This document shows, piece by piece, positions 18,668-27,496 of a DNA stretch of 64,000 nt. This DNA comes from Candidatus Cloacimonadales bacterium (lineage in GTDB: Bacteria > Cloacimonadota > Cloacimonadia > Cloacimonadales > JAIOQZ01): assembly GCA_963662655.2 (NCBI GenBank), contig CAXXTU010000002.1, positions 2,144,001 to 2,208,000 on the forward strand. Reading direction: 5' to 3'. The notes beneath the pieces are model-generated. The model was not told the DNA's origin. It worked only from the letters and a program-made list of their open reading frames with translations, and did not search any database. The first letter of the stretch is position 1, and every line of letters starts with the position of its first letter. Position numbers and translations under genes: made by a program.

Positions 18668-21600
18668 CGAACCAGAAGGAATTTCTGCGTTACCGTTTGC
18701 CTGCCTGTCTTGATCCGCGCAAAGTAAACGCCGCTGGCGGCATTCTTGCCGGAGGCGTCTTTCAGGTTCCATACGACGGCTCGCTGATCGGCAATACGGA
18801 AGCTCCGTACCTTCTGGCCTCTGATATTGAACAAATCGATTTCTGTATCCTTGCCCAAGGCGTTCGAGAACGCAATGGTCAGGAATTGGCTTCTCGTAAC
18901 CGGGTTCGGGAATATGTTCAGCATGAGGGGCTCTTCCGTGTCGTTGTCCACGTCATTGTCGTTAACCGGGATCAGGTAGGCGAATTGATCGATGAACACG
19001 CCGATATCATCCATGTTGCCGTACTCGTTGAAGCCTTCCAGTTCCTCGGCGTAAAGGAACTCGAAACGCAGCCGGAACAGGCTTCCAGGCACGGGTGGCG
19101 CAAGCAACATTTCATTCGGATTGAAGCGGTATTCCGACCAGTCTCCTTCTATATAGACTTCCGGCGCGGGACGTCCGCCTTCGAGCGCTCCGCCGGAGCC
19201 GAGGAACAGAAGCGTATCCATCATGGCCTCGGTCTCGAACACGACGAACACCCCGTCGTCACCGTACATGGGCATCTTGTACTTGTACTGGAAGCTGATA
19301 TCCGCGTCGGACATGAATGGTTGCCACGGTGTGGCGATCGAGTAGGTCCCGGGTGATTCCGGGCGGCATGAAAGGCTTTGCGATCCTTCGTACGAATAGG
19401 TGTCAACGATCTGCCAGGCGTCGTCGCCCTCCCAGGTATTTTCTCCTTCGAAATCCTCCGACATACTGATATCCCCGATAGGCACCTGAATGATCATCGC
19501 GCACGAGAATACTTCAGCTCTCTCGTATGTCTGGAATACGAACATGAACCGTCCGAGAAAATCGTCGGGAGCGCTTTCAGACACCGTCAATGGAATGCTG
19601 CATTCGATCGTCCCTCCAACCGGGAAGATGTCCATGAGCTCGAGAGGCATAACGGGGAAATTACCGTAACCGCCTAGAACGTTCGAGTAGATGGTCATGC
19701 CAGTCGTCGAAAGCGTTCCAGTGTTTTCGAGATTGAGGTGAATATTGTATAGATATTCGGATTCCCGCTCCACCTGTACGGAGGTAGTAACAAACGGTTT
19801 ATTCGGATAGGCGTAGGTCGAGTGCGTGAAGAGCTCTTCGCCGTCCTGAAGGATTTGGATGTCGATTCTCATCGTCTGATTCCAATCCGGTTCATCTTGC
19901 GTACTGACCATGCTTCCGGCCACGTTGAAAGGCGTAGACTCTGAGTTCGCCGGCAATACCAGGCTTCCTTCCGGGTTGACGAATGTCAGGAGACTGTCCT
20001 GGGGTGACGAAACGTTGTACTGGATGGTTAGCGGCTCGGAGCCGGGATTTGCCAGATGGACTTCAAGGCCGAAATCTTGTCCGGGAGTCAAAAGGTTGTC
20101 GCCGCCGTCCCAAAGCAAGTTGCTGATGTAGGGTCGCATACCGGTTTCGGCCGAGAAGTTCTCGACAATCACCGGCTTGAATCTCGGTGCGACCACGCTC
20201 AGGGTGCCGGTTGCGGGTTCATCGAAAGCGATTGTCGCTCTACCGCTGGCGTCGGTTTGCGCGCGAAGTGTGGGATTCAGCGCCACCCATGCTCCCTCCA
20301 CAGCGCCGTGATAGCTCCAGACATCGACGATGATCGAGTTTTGTGTGGTGACGACATTGTACTGTAGTTCGCAGGGATTTTCCGCGAAGAGCCGGAAGGC
20401 GGAATCGCCGATCATGTTGAGCTGATACGCGCACCACTTGTACACCGATGTCCCCGGATACATGGGGATGAAGGGTAGTTTTTGCATGACGTTCACTTCC
20501 GAAACCAGCTCGGTTTCTTCGAAAAGGATGCGGAAGAACTCTTTCTGGAAATACTCGGAGAAACCGAATCTGGGTGCCGATGGAGCCCCCCAGCCGTAGC
20601 GGGAATTTCCCACGTACGCGAGGAATCCTCCTGTGTCCGGCGTCACGAGCCTTTCACCGACCGAGTTGTAATCCATAGCCGCCGACCAGCAGCCGATCGA
20701 GTAGAAGAGGCCGGTGCTGTTCTCCATGTTGTTCACGTTTTCAACCCGGATACTACCCTCTTCGAGCGAAAGGACGGAGGTGGAGGCGTGCCCGGTATGC
20801 TGAAAGATATTCGGATTCTGACTGATCAAGTCCATTGCGTTGGCAAGGCTGTTCTCCTCGTCGTAAAGCAAGGATATGTCGTAGCTATCCGGGAAATAAC
20901 GCTCGTAAATATATTGCTGAGCGAGCTCGCTGTCACTCCCGGGCCATAGCTGCATGGAAACGCCGCCGGCGAACTCATAGTCTTCGATCTCGCCTTTCTC
21001 GTGCGCAATCAAACGGTCAACGTACGACTCGACCTGCGCCTGCGTGGAGGCCGAAATGCGTGAAAGAAAAACATCCGGCAAGTAGTCGGGATTGTCGTCG
21101 TCTTCGCCGTAAATACCATTCGCGTTCGCGTCCCAATCGCCATCCAGCGCGGCGTAATACATATCTGCGGGGATGATGTTCTCGTCTTCGTATATGCCAT
21201 ACGCGCAGTCGAAGGCGAAGAAGTAGCGAACCGGTATGATGTCATTGTCTCCTGCGAGCGTGACGAAGGCGACTTGATATTCGTTCACCATCTCGATGAT
21301 GTAATTACGAATCTTCTCCTGCGTGTCGCCGCCTTCCTCGTTGGCTTCGATCCACTGGACTGTTTGCGAGTAGGTGTCGTACCCGCATCGGTAACGCCAT
21401 GCAAGGAGAGGTTCGTATGCGGGAAGAAGGTTATCGCCGGTTATCAGCAGGTAGGCGGATGCTGTGCGCTCGCGGACAGCTTCGTTCAGCAGCGTTGCAG
21501 CTACCCGGGCAGATGCCGGCGTATTCGCGATGGAGGGCTGAATCGTATCTTCGGTAAATTGGATTTCGAGGTTCATGGATTCGGGGACTTCAAGCGTCTG

Positions 21601-22047
21601 ATTTTCGATATCGTATAGACACCTGTACACGGCAATCCATCCGATCGAACGGTTTCCGCTAATCCCGCTGCCGTAGCGATAGAGATAGCTCGCAGGATTC
21701 TTCTCGGGAGAGATCGATTCGATTCGCGATATATTGATATACTGACTGAGTGGCGCCGCTTGCTGCACGGGACTCAGGGGACTGGCTAGGTGTATGCTCT
21801 GAATACCGGTTGCCTGGATTTGAACATCGGAGATCGATTTGCCGTAGGGGAGTTCGAAAAAGTGGGTGACGACCGGAATGTCCGGCGCACCGGGTTCGGG
21901 TGTTTGAAAGGATGCCGATTCGGTTATCAACCGTGTGTTTCCGGCATCTCGTGTTTGTTCGAGATGGGGGAGATCAAGCGTGATCGTTTCCGAGAATATC
22001 ATGCAAGACCAGATAAGCAGTATCAGGGCAACAATGTTTTTTTTCAT
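18664..22047 (-). CDS. Gingipain-like C25 cysteine peptidase with propeptide and C-terminal T9SS-type/FlgD-Ig sorting-like domain
   Basis: Signal peptide, PEPGAPDIP propeptide, DMYYAALDGDWD, catalytic HTGH and SIGCW, GNSRYGW. C-terminus IFPNP...FNIRGQKV...WNLKDASG...SGVYF...KFLLVR. Confidence 0.88.
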   Translation of the reverse strand: MKKNIVALILLIWSCMIFSETITLDLPHLEQTRDAGNTRLITESASFQTPEPGAPDIPVVTHFFELPYGKSISDVQIQATGIQSIHLASPLSPVQQAAPLSQYINISRIESISPEKNPASYLYRYGSGISGNRSIGWIAVYRCLYDIENQTLEVPESMNLEIQFTEDTIQPSIANTPASARVAATLLNEAVRERTASAYLLITGDNLLPAYEPLLAWRYRCGYDTYSQTVQWIEANEEGGDTQEKIRNYIIEMVNEYQVAFVTLAGDNDIIPVRYFFAFDCAYGIYEDENIIPADMYYAALDGDWDANANGIYGEDDDNPDYLPDVFLSRISASTQAQVESYVDRLIAHEKGEIEDYEFAGGVSMQLWPGSDSELAQQYIYERYFPDSYDISLLYDEENSLANAMDLISQNPNIFQHTGHASTSVLSLEEGSIRVENVNNMENSTGLFYSIGCWSAAMDYNSVGERLVTPDTGGFLAYVGNSRYGWGAPSAPRFGFSEYFQKEFFRILFEETELVSEVNVMQKLPFIPMYPGTSVYKWCAYQLNMIGDSAFRLFAENPCELQYNVVTTQNSIIVDVWSYHGAVEGAWVALNPTLRAQTDASGRATIAFDEPATGTLSVVAPRFKPVIVENFSAETGMRPYISNLLWDGGDNLLTPGQDFGLEVHLANPGSEPLTIQYNVSSPQDSLLTFVNPEGSLVLPANSESTPFNVAGSMVSTQDEPDWNQTMRIDIQILQDGEELFTHSTYAYPNKPFVTTSVQVERESEYLYNIHLNLENTGTLSTTGMTIYSNVLGGYGNFPVMPLELMDIFPVGGTIECSIPLTVSESAPDDFLGRFMFVFQTYERAEVFSCAMIIQVPIGDISMSEDFEGENTWEGDDAWQIVDTYSYEGSQSLSCRPESPGTYSIATPWQPFMSDADISFQYKYKMPMYGDDGVFVVFETEAMMDTLLFLGSGGALEGGRPAPEVYIEGDWSEYRFNPNEMLLAPPVPGSLFRLRFEFLYAEELEGFNEYGNMDDIGVFIDQFAYLIPVNDNDVDNDTEEPLMLNIFPNPVTRSQFLTIAFSNALGKDTEIDLFNIRGQKVRSFRIADQRAVVWNLKDASGKNAASGVYFARIKTGRQTVTQKFLLVR

Positions 22048-22205
22048 ACCTAGCTCTCCGTATTTATATATGTGGCATAACCTTTTCATTTAACATAACG
22101 ATTCAGAATTTTCGTCAAGCAATAGATTCAATTCGTGCAAAGAATATTCCAACGGGATGAAAGCCTAACAATGAGAAAATACCCTCTGGTTTGAGCATGC
22201 AAGAC

Positions 22206-22233
22206 TTGACAGCAATGTTCGGCAATCTACAAT
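22206..22233 (+). promoter_or_regulatory. Sigma70-type promoter
   Basis: TTGACA-16 nt-TACAAT just upstream of a GGAGG RBS and the ATG at 22251. Confidence 0.6.
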
Positions 22234-22250
22234 CATGCGCGGAGGTTACA

Positions 22251-22946
22251 ATGCCCGATCATAAGCTTTTCGATGAGAAAACACGCTCGTTTTACCGAAG
22301 ACTCGAGCTGAACAACGATAAAGAATGGTTCGAAGCGCATCGCAAGGAGTATAATCAAACAGTGTTGGATCCTGCGAGAGAGTTTGTGGTTCGAATGGGG
22401 CAGAAGCTTGCAGATTTGCGCCCGGATTTGGTCTACGCTCCCAAGATCGATCAGTCCATCTTCCGCATCTTCCGGGATATTCGTTTCAGCAAGGATAAGA
22501 GTCCGTATAAAACCTTTCTGGGAATTTTATGGTGGGAAGGTGCGAACAAGAAGATGGAGTGCCCGAGCTTCTATTTCCAGTTGGACTGCTCAAGGATTTT
22601 TCTCGGGTGCGGATTGTACCAGTTCAGCAAAAAGCAATTGGAGAAGTACCGTCAGGTACTGACGGACGATTCGAGCGGTAAGGAGCTGATTCAGGCGATC
22701 AATCAAAGCGATGCGAACGGTGAGTTCGAAATCGGCGGCAAATACTACAAGAATGTCCCCCGCGGCTTCGATAAGGACCACCTTTACGCCGATTACCTGA
22801 AACACAACGGGTTGTACTTTTCATATACCTCCGAGTTTCCCAAAGAATTCGGGACGGAAGCCTTTGTCGAGTGGTGTCTACGGCAGTACAAAGAGATGCT
22901 TCCGCTCCATAACTGGCTTGTAAAAGTGTTTGGAGAAGAAGATTGA
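22251..22946 (+). CDS. DUF2461-family protein
   Basis: LELNNDKEWFEAHRKEY, FRIFRDIRFSKDKSPYK, KNVPRGFDKDH. Confidence 0.85.
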   Translation: MPDHKLFDEKTRSFYRRLELNNDKEWFEAHRKEYNQTVLDPAREFVVRMGQKLADLRPDLVYAPKIDQSIFRIFRDIRFSKDKSPYKTFLGILWWEGANKKMECPSFYFQLDCSRIFLGCGLYQFSKKQLEKYRQVLTDDSSGKELIQAINQSDANGEFEIGGKYYKNVPRGFDKDHLYADYLKHNGLYFSYTSEFPKEFGTEAFVEWCLRQYKEMLPLHNWLVKVFGEED

Positions 22947-23416
22947 ACCATAAAATGCGTAGAGTCGATAGAGAAATTACACAGGTGGAAGATCTGGAAA
23001 GCATTCTCCGGGAGGGGGAGTTTTGCACTCTTTCGGTCATTGATTCCGGCGTTCCATACATCATACCGATGAATTACGGATTCGAGAGCGGCGTCATGTG
23101 GTTTCACAGCGCGCCGGCCGGGCGAAAGCTCGATGCTTTCAGAAAGAATCCCGGGGTTTGCTTCAATGTAACGATCAGTTACAAGATGATTCGCAACGCT
23201 GAATTCTCACAATATACAAGTTATTATAAAAGCGTTACCGGTTGGGGGAAAATCGAGATTGTGGATACCCCCGCCGAGAAAATCCAGGGATTGAACACGT
23301 TGAAAGAGCATGTCCATTTCGATGGGGAAGCCAATTATCCGAAGTCGTTATTGGAGCGCGTGGCAGTTTTCAAGCTGGTTATCGATGAGATGACCGGCAA
23401 GAAGAACGGCTATTGA
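22943..23416 (+). CDS. Pyridoxamine 5'-phosphate oxidase / NimA-like flavin-binding protein
   Basis: MRRVDREIT, PYIIPMNYG, WFHSAPAGRKLD, YKSVTGWG, ending MTGK. Confidence 0.85.
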   Translation: MNHKMRRVDREITQVEDLESILREGEFCTLSVIDSGVPYIIPMNYGFESGVMWFHSAPAGRKLDAFRKNPGVCFNVTISYKMIRNAEFSQYTSYYKSVTGWGKIEIVDTPAEKIQGLNTLKEHVHFDGEANYPKSLLERVAVFKLVIDEMTGKKNGY

Positions 23417-24204
23417 TTCTCGATGATGCGATAGACTTTTTCTCTTTCCGAGCGCAGGATACTTACGTGGTCGCCGCCCGGCACTTCGAAAAAACCAACA
23501 CCGTCTGTCTTTGCGAGTTCTCTACTCATCGTCACGGGGATGGATTTGTCGTTGTCCCCGTGGAAAATGGTGATTGCAATCTCAGGATTCTGGCTGCGGA
23601 TTTCCGCTATACGCTCGATGTTGTTCATGCCGTTTGGGATAAGCCAGCCTAGAAGCCCGAGTCTTCGAACGAGGAGTTTACGCAATTTTGTGAACGGCGC
23701 CATCAGAACGATTGCTCGAGGCGTTTTGTATTTTACGAACTGAAGCGCTGCGCCGGTACCGAAAGAATGCCCGACAAATATCATTTTACCGCTGAAGTAG
23801 GTGGATGGGGCGGCTAACTTCTTTGTGAGAGCCTGGAGTGCGTATTCGGGCGTTTCCCATGCGTATTGGGGACGAAGGTTACCCTGGCTTTTTCCTCTAC
23901 CCGGGTAATCCATGAGGAGAAATCCAACATTATCCTGCGGGAAATTGACGGCAAAATCAAGCCAGTCGTAGGCGCGAGAGCGAATTCCCGGGAACACGAG
24001 AACCAGCTTTTCGGGTAAACCTTCGCCTGCGTAGTAATAGTACGAAGCTTGATATCCGGCACGGGTTTGGTAGGTGATCATATCGAGGTGGTTGCGATTT
24101 CGGATGCCTGCCGCTTCTTCGCGGTTATAGGACAACTGCGAGCCGCAGGCGGTTACAACGATCGTGATGATCGCGGATACGAAGGGGATTCTAGATTTTA
24201 CCAT
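23410..24204 (-). CDS. Alpha/beta hydrolase lipoprotein
   Basis: Lipobox-like VTAC, DYPGRG, nucleophile elbow GHSFG, HGDND, GGDH. Confidence 0.85.
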   Translation of the reverse strand: MVKSRIPFVSAIITIVVTACGSQLSYNREEAAGIRNRNHLDMITYQTRAGYQASYYYYAGEGLPEKLVLVFPGIRSRAYDWLDFAVNFPQDNVGFLLMDYPGRGKSQGNLRPQYAWETPEYALQALTKKLAAPSTYFSGKMIFVGHSFGTGAALQFVKYKTPRAIVLMAPFTKLRKLLVRRLGLLGWLIPNGMNNIERIAEIRSQNPEIAITIFHGDNDKSIPVTMSRELAKTDGVGFFEVPGGDHVSILRSEREKVYRIIENQ

Positions 24205-24385
24205 GACTTGATATCGAAAGCGGATTCGAGTGTGTCAAGAAATCAATTGAGAGGGCGTGTGGTGCGGGAAGAAATGCATGAGCAATCTCACGTCTTCATG
24301 TATAATGTAATACGATGCCGACGCGTTGGAAAGAGAGATCGAACGAATCTACTCAATACTCCCGTTGGCTGCAATTCTCCAATGC

Positions 24386-24418
24386 AAAAAAACGCGGAGC
24401 TTTCGACTCCGCGTTTTT
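24386..24418. terminator. Bidirectional intrinsic terminator ending the pilus operon
   Basis: AAAAAAA-CGCGGAG-loop-CTCCGCG-TTTTT. Confidence 0.85.
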
Positions 24419-24436
24419 CATATTTACAAGGTCCGT

Positions 24437-25690
24437 TTATTTCATACCATGACTGATAGCAAGACCGAGGTTGAAGATCGGTAGATAGATAACCACGATA
24501 ATCGAGCCTACAACAGCAGCCATAAGGATAATCAGAATGGGCTCAATCAGTGAGGTCAATCTGTCAATCACCGCGTCAACGAGTTTCTCATAGAACTCGG
24601 CAGCTTTCAGAAGCAGCCTGTCCATATCACCAGTTTCTTCACCGGTAGCTGTAAGCTGAATCAGCGTTGAAGGGAAGGAACCCGCTTTACGGAAAGCGTT
24701 TGCCACGCTGTATCCTTCTTTCACCATCACGCGAGACTTACGAACGGAATTCTCGACCACAGCGTTCTGGACCACGTTTTCAACGAGTTCCATCGTATCC
24801 ATGATCGGGACACCTGCCGCCATAAGAATACTGAATGTACGGGCAAATTTACTCATGATCGATTCCTTGATCAGCTTACCCAGAACAGGTATTTTCAGCT
24901 TTACAGAATCGATGATGAAACGTCCACGGTCCGTAAGGTACACCAGGAAGAACGCCAGTATGAACAGGAACAACAGAATCAACGTCATGATGATGTTGTC
25001 CCTGATATAATTACTGATCGAGATTGCAACCAGTGTAGGACCGGGGAGGTCTGCTTTGAAACGCGAATAAACTTCCGCGAACATAGGGATAATATAATAA
25101 AAGAGGCCCCAAACCACGCCGACGAGGAAGAAGATGATGAAGATCGGATAAGTCAGTGCGCTGTACACCTTCCTGCGCGTATCTTCGATCTTCTCCAGAT
25201 AGTCGGCCAGCTCGTCGAGAACCGTATGGAGCGTACCGGAAACCTCACCCGCTTTCATCAGTGCGACATAAAGCGGATTGAAGACACCCGGGTGCTGCTC
25301 TAACGCTTCCGAAAGGCTGAACCCTTTTTTGATATCATCAGTCAGTTTTCGAAGAACACGCTTGAATTTCTTGTTCTTCTCTTCTTTTTCCAGATCACTC
25401 AAGGCTTTTTCGATGGTCAAGCCGGCTGAAAACATAGTGGAAAGCTGTCGTGTGAAGAACACGAGTACCTTCAGCGAGACGCCTGTTTTCCATTTATAGA
25501 AAGTCAGCATGAGTTTATCGAAGAGCGAAAGCTTCCCTGAGAACGCGCCTTCCGACGCACTCTTCACAGAAATTATCGTTCCGCCTTCTTTACTCAGCTT
25601 TTCAATGGCTTCGTCCAGAGTAGCAGCTTTAACCCTGCCTTCCAGTCGGGCACCTTTCGCATCCTTGATGATGTACGAAAATGTTGCCAT
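24437..25690 (-). CDS. pilC: Type IV pilus inner-membrane platform protein PilC (GspF family)
   Basis: FTRQLSTMFSAGL, AGEVSGTL, ALTYP, TGEETGDM, LIEP...IYLPIF. Confidence 0.93.
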   Translation of the reverse strand: MATFSYIIKDAKGARLEGRVKAATLDEAIEKLSKEGGTIISVKSASEGAFSGKLSLFDKLMLTFYKWKTGVSLKVLVFFTRQLSTMFSAGLTIEKALSDLEKEEKNKKFKRVLRKLTDDIKKGFSLSEALEQHPGVFNPLYVALMKAGEVSGTLHTVLDELADYLEKIEDTRRKVYSALTYPIFIIFFLVGVVWGLFYYIIPMFAEVYSRFKADLPGPTLVAISISNYIRDNIIMTLILLFLFILAFFLVYLTDRGRFIIDSVKLKIPVLGKLIKESIMSKFARTFSILMAAGVPIMDTMELVENVVQNAVVENSVRKSRVMVKEGYSVANAFRKAGSFPSTLIQLTATGEETGDMDRLLLKAAEFYEKLVDAVIDRLTSLIEPILIILMAAVVGSIIVVIYLPIFNLGLAISHGMK

Positions 25691-25713
25691 AATCAATCCT
25701 TTTGATCTTGATT

Positions 25714-27426
25714 TTAGTCATCGGAGAAGGTCAGCTTGATCACCTCACGAATCGAAGTCAAGCCACGTTTCATTTTTGAAAGAGCGCTTCCATGGAGCGA
25801 CTGCATTCCGTTCGCCAGAGCCTGATTTCTGATAAGATCCTGATTGGATCCTTCGAAAATGAGCTGACGAATGTTCGGCTTCACTTCAAGCAGTTCAAAG
25901 ATACCGGTACGGCCTGCGTAACCTGTGTTATCGCAATGAACGCAGCCTGAACCGTGTTTGAACTGGATATTCGCAGCATCTTCTTTCGAGATACCTGCTT
26001 CGATAAGCTCGTCTTCCGTAGGGGTGTAGTCCGTCTTGCAGTTCGGGCATATCTTGCGCACGAGACGCTGGGCCATAACGAGGTTCAGCGACGAACCCAC
26101 GAGATACCCCGGCACACCGATATCGATGAGACGAGTGATGGTTGATGGCGCATCGTTCGCATGGAGGGTCGTGAACACGAGGTGACCGGTAAGCGAGAAC
26201 TTGATCGCGATATCCGCTGTCTCCTCGTCACGAATCTCACCAATGAGAACGATGTCCGGGTCCTGGCGCAGAACCGAGCGAAGCGCTGAAGCGAAGGTCA
26301 GGCCGATCTTCTCGTTCGCTTCGATCTGTGTGATACCGTCGAGGCGGTACTCAACAGGATCTTCAACGGTAACGATGTTGTTTTCGATGTCCTGGATTTC
26401 CTTCAATGCAGCATGCAGCGTTGTCGATTTACCGCTACCGGTAGGACCGGATACGATGATGATACCGTACGGGCGATGAATCCATTTTCTGAATACCTGA
26501 AAGTGTTCTTCCTCGAAACCGAGCGTGGTCAGCTTGAAGCCGAACTCGCCCTTGTCCAGAAGACGCATAACAACTTTTTCGCCTGTGACGGTTGGAGTGA
26601 TCGAAACACGAACATCAACGCTCTTGATGGAGGTTTTCAGAGAAATATGACCATCCTGAGGAAGGCGTCTTTCCGCGATGTCCAGCTTCGACATAACCTT
26701 GGTCAGCGAAATGAGCCCCGGGTGCATACCGATCGGAGGATTCATCACCTCGCGAAGCGCGCCGTCGATACGGAAGCGCACACGTGTATGCTTTGTGAGA
26801 GGCTCGATGTGAATATCGGTCGTGTCGGACTTGATCGCTTCCTGAATGATGAGATTCAGGAGCTTTACAACCGGAGCATCCTTGGCGCCTTCGTCGTTCT
26901 CGATGTTGATTTCATTCTCGTCATCATCGACGGCGGTGAAATCGAACGAGCCGACAGCATCTTCGACTTGCGATGTTGTTCGAATACTCTTGTAATAGCG
27001 TTCCAAAGTATCCGCCAACAGCGTGTCGGTGATCAGGATTGGCTTGATTGCTTTATGTAAGAGCTTTTTCAGACCGTCAATGATAATGATGTCTTCCGGG
27101 TCGGTCATCGCGACGACGACCCCGTCCGCATCATCACGTACTGCGAGTACGCGGTTTTCCATCGCGAATGGTTCGGGAATCATCTTTACCACTGCCTGGT
27201 CAAGCCCAAGAAGCTCCTGCTCGTTCGCAATTGGAATTTCCAGCTGCTTGTTCAGAGCGACAAGGAGGTCTTGCTCACCCAGGTGGCCAAGTTTGATAAG
27301 CGTTTCGCCAAGCTTCAAATTGAAATTGTTCTGCTTGATAAGCGCTTCTTTTACCTGATCCTCGGTTACGAATCCTTCCTTGACCAGAATGGCTCCAATT
27401 CGTTCGAATTGAGGATTATACGACAT
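25714..27426 (-). CDS. pilB: Type IV pilus assembly ATPase PilB
   Basis: MshEN-like N-terminus RIGAILV...KLGETLIKLG, DIHIEP, ERRLPQDG, GPTGSGKST, LRQDPD, Zn motifs CPNC/CVHC. Confidence 0.93.
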   Translation of the reverse strand: MSYNPQFERIGAILVKEGFVTEDQVKEALIKQNNFNLKLGETLIKLGHLGEQDLLVALNKQLEIPIANEQELLGLDQAVVKMIPEPFAMENRVLAVRDDADGVVVAMTDPEDIIIIDGLKKLLHKAIKPILITDTLLADTLERYYKSIRTTSQVEDAVGSFDFTAVDDDENEINIENDEGAKDAPVVKLLNLIIQEAIKSDTTDIHIEPLTKHTRVRFRIDGALREVMNPPIGMHPGLISLTKVMSKLDIAERRLPQDGHISLKTSIKSVDVRVSITPTVTGEKVVMRLLDKGEFGFKLTTLGFEEEHFQVFRKWIHRPYGIIIVSGPTGSGKSTTLHAALKEIQDIENNIVTVEDPVEYRLDGITQIEANEKIGLTFASALRSVLRQDPDIVLIGEIRDEETADIAIKFSLTGHLVFTTLHANDAPSTITRLIDIGVPGYLVGSSLNLVMAQRLVRKICPNCKTDYTPTEDELIEAGISKEDAANIQFKHGSGCVHCDNTGYAGRTGIFELLEVKPNIRQLIFEGSNQDLIRNQALANGMQSLHGSALSKMKRGLTSIREVIKLTFSDD

Positions 27427-27456
27427 TTAATCTCCTTATAACTGAGTAAGAATAAG

Positions 27457-27481
27457 CGGAAGGGAGGCAAGCTCCCCTCCG
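27457..27481 (-). terminator. Stem-loop between the Ig-repeat gene and pilB (weak terminator or mRNA stabiliser)
   Basis: CGGAGGGGAG-loop-CTCCCTTCCG on the minus strand, followed by a short T-rich tract. Confidence 0.45.
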
Positions 27482-27496
27482 TATGATTGAGCGGAA

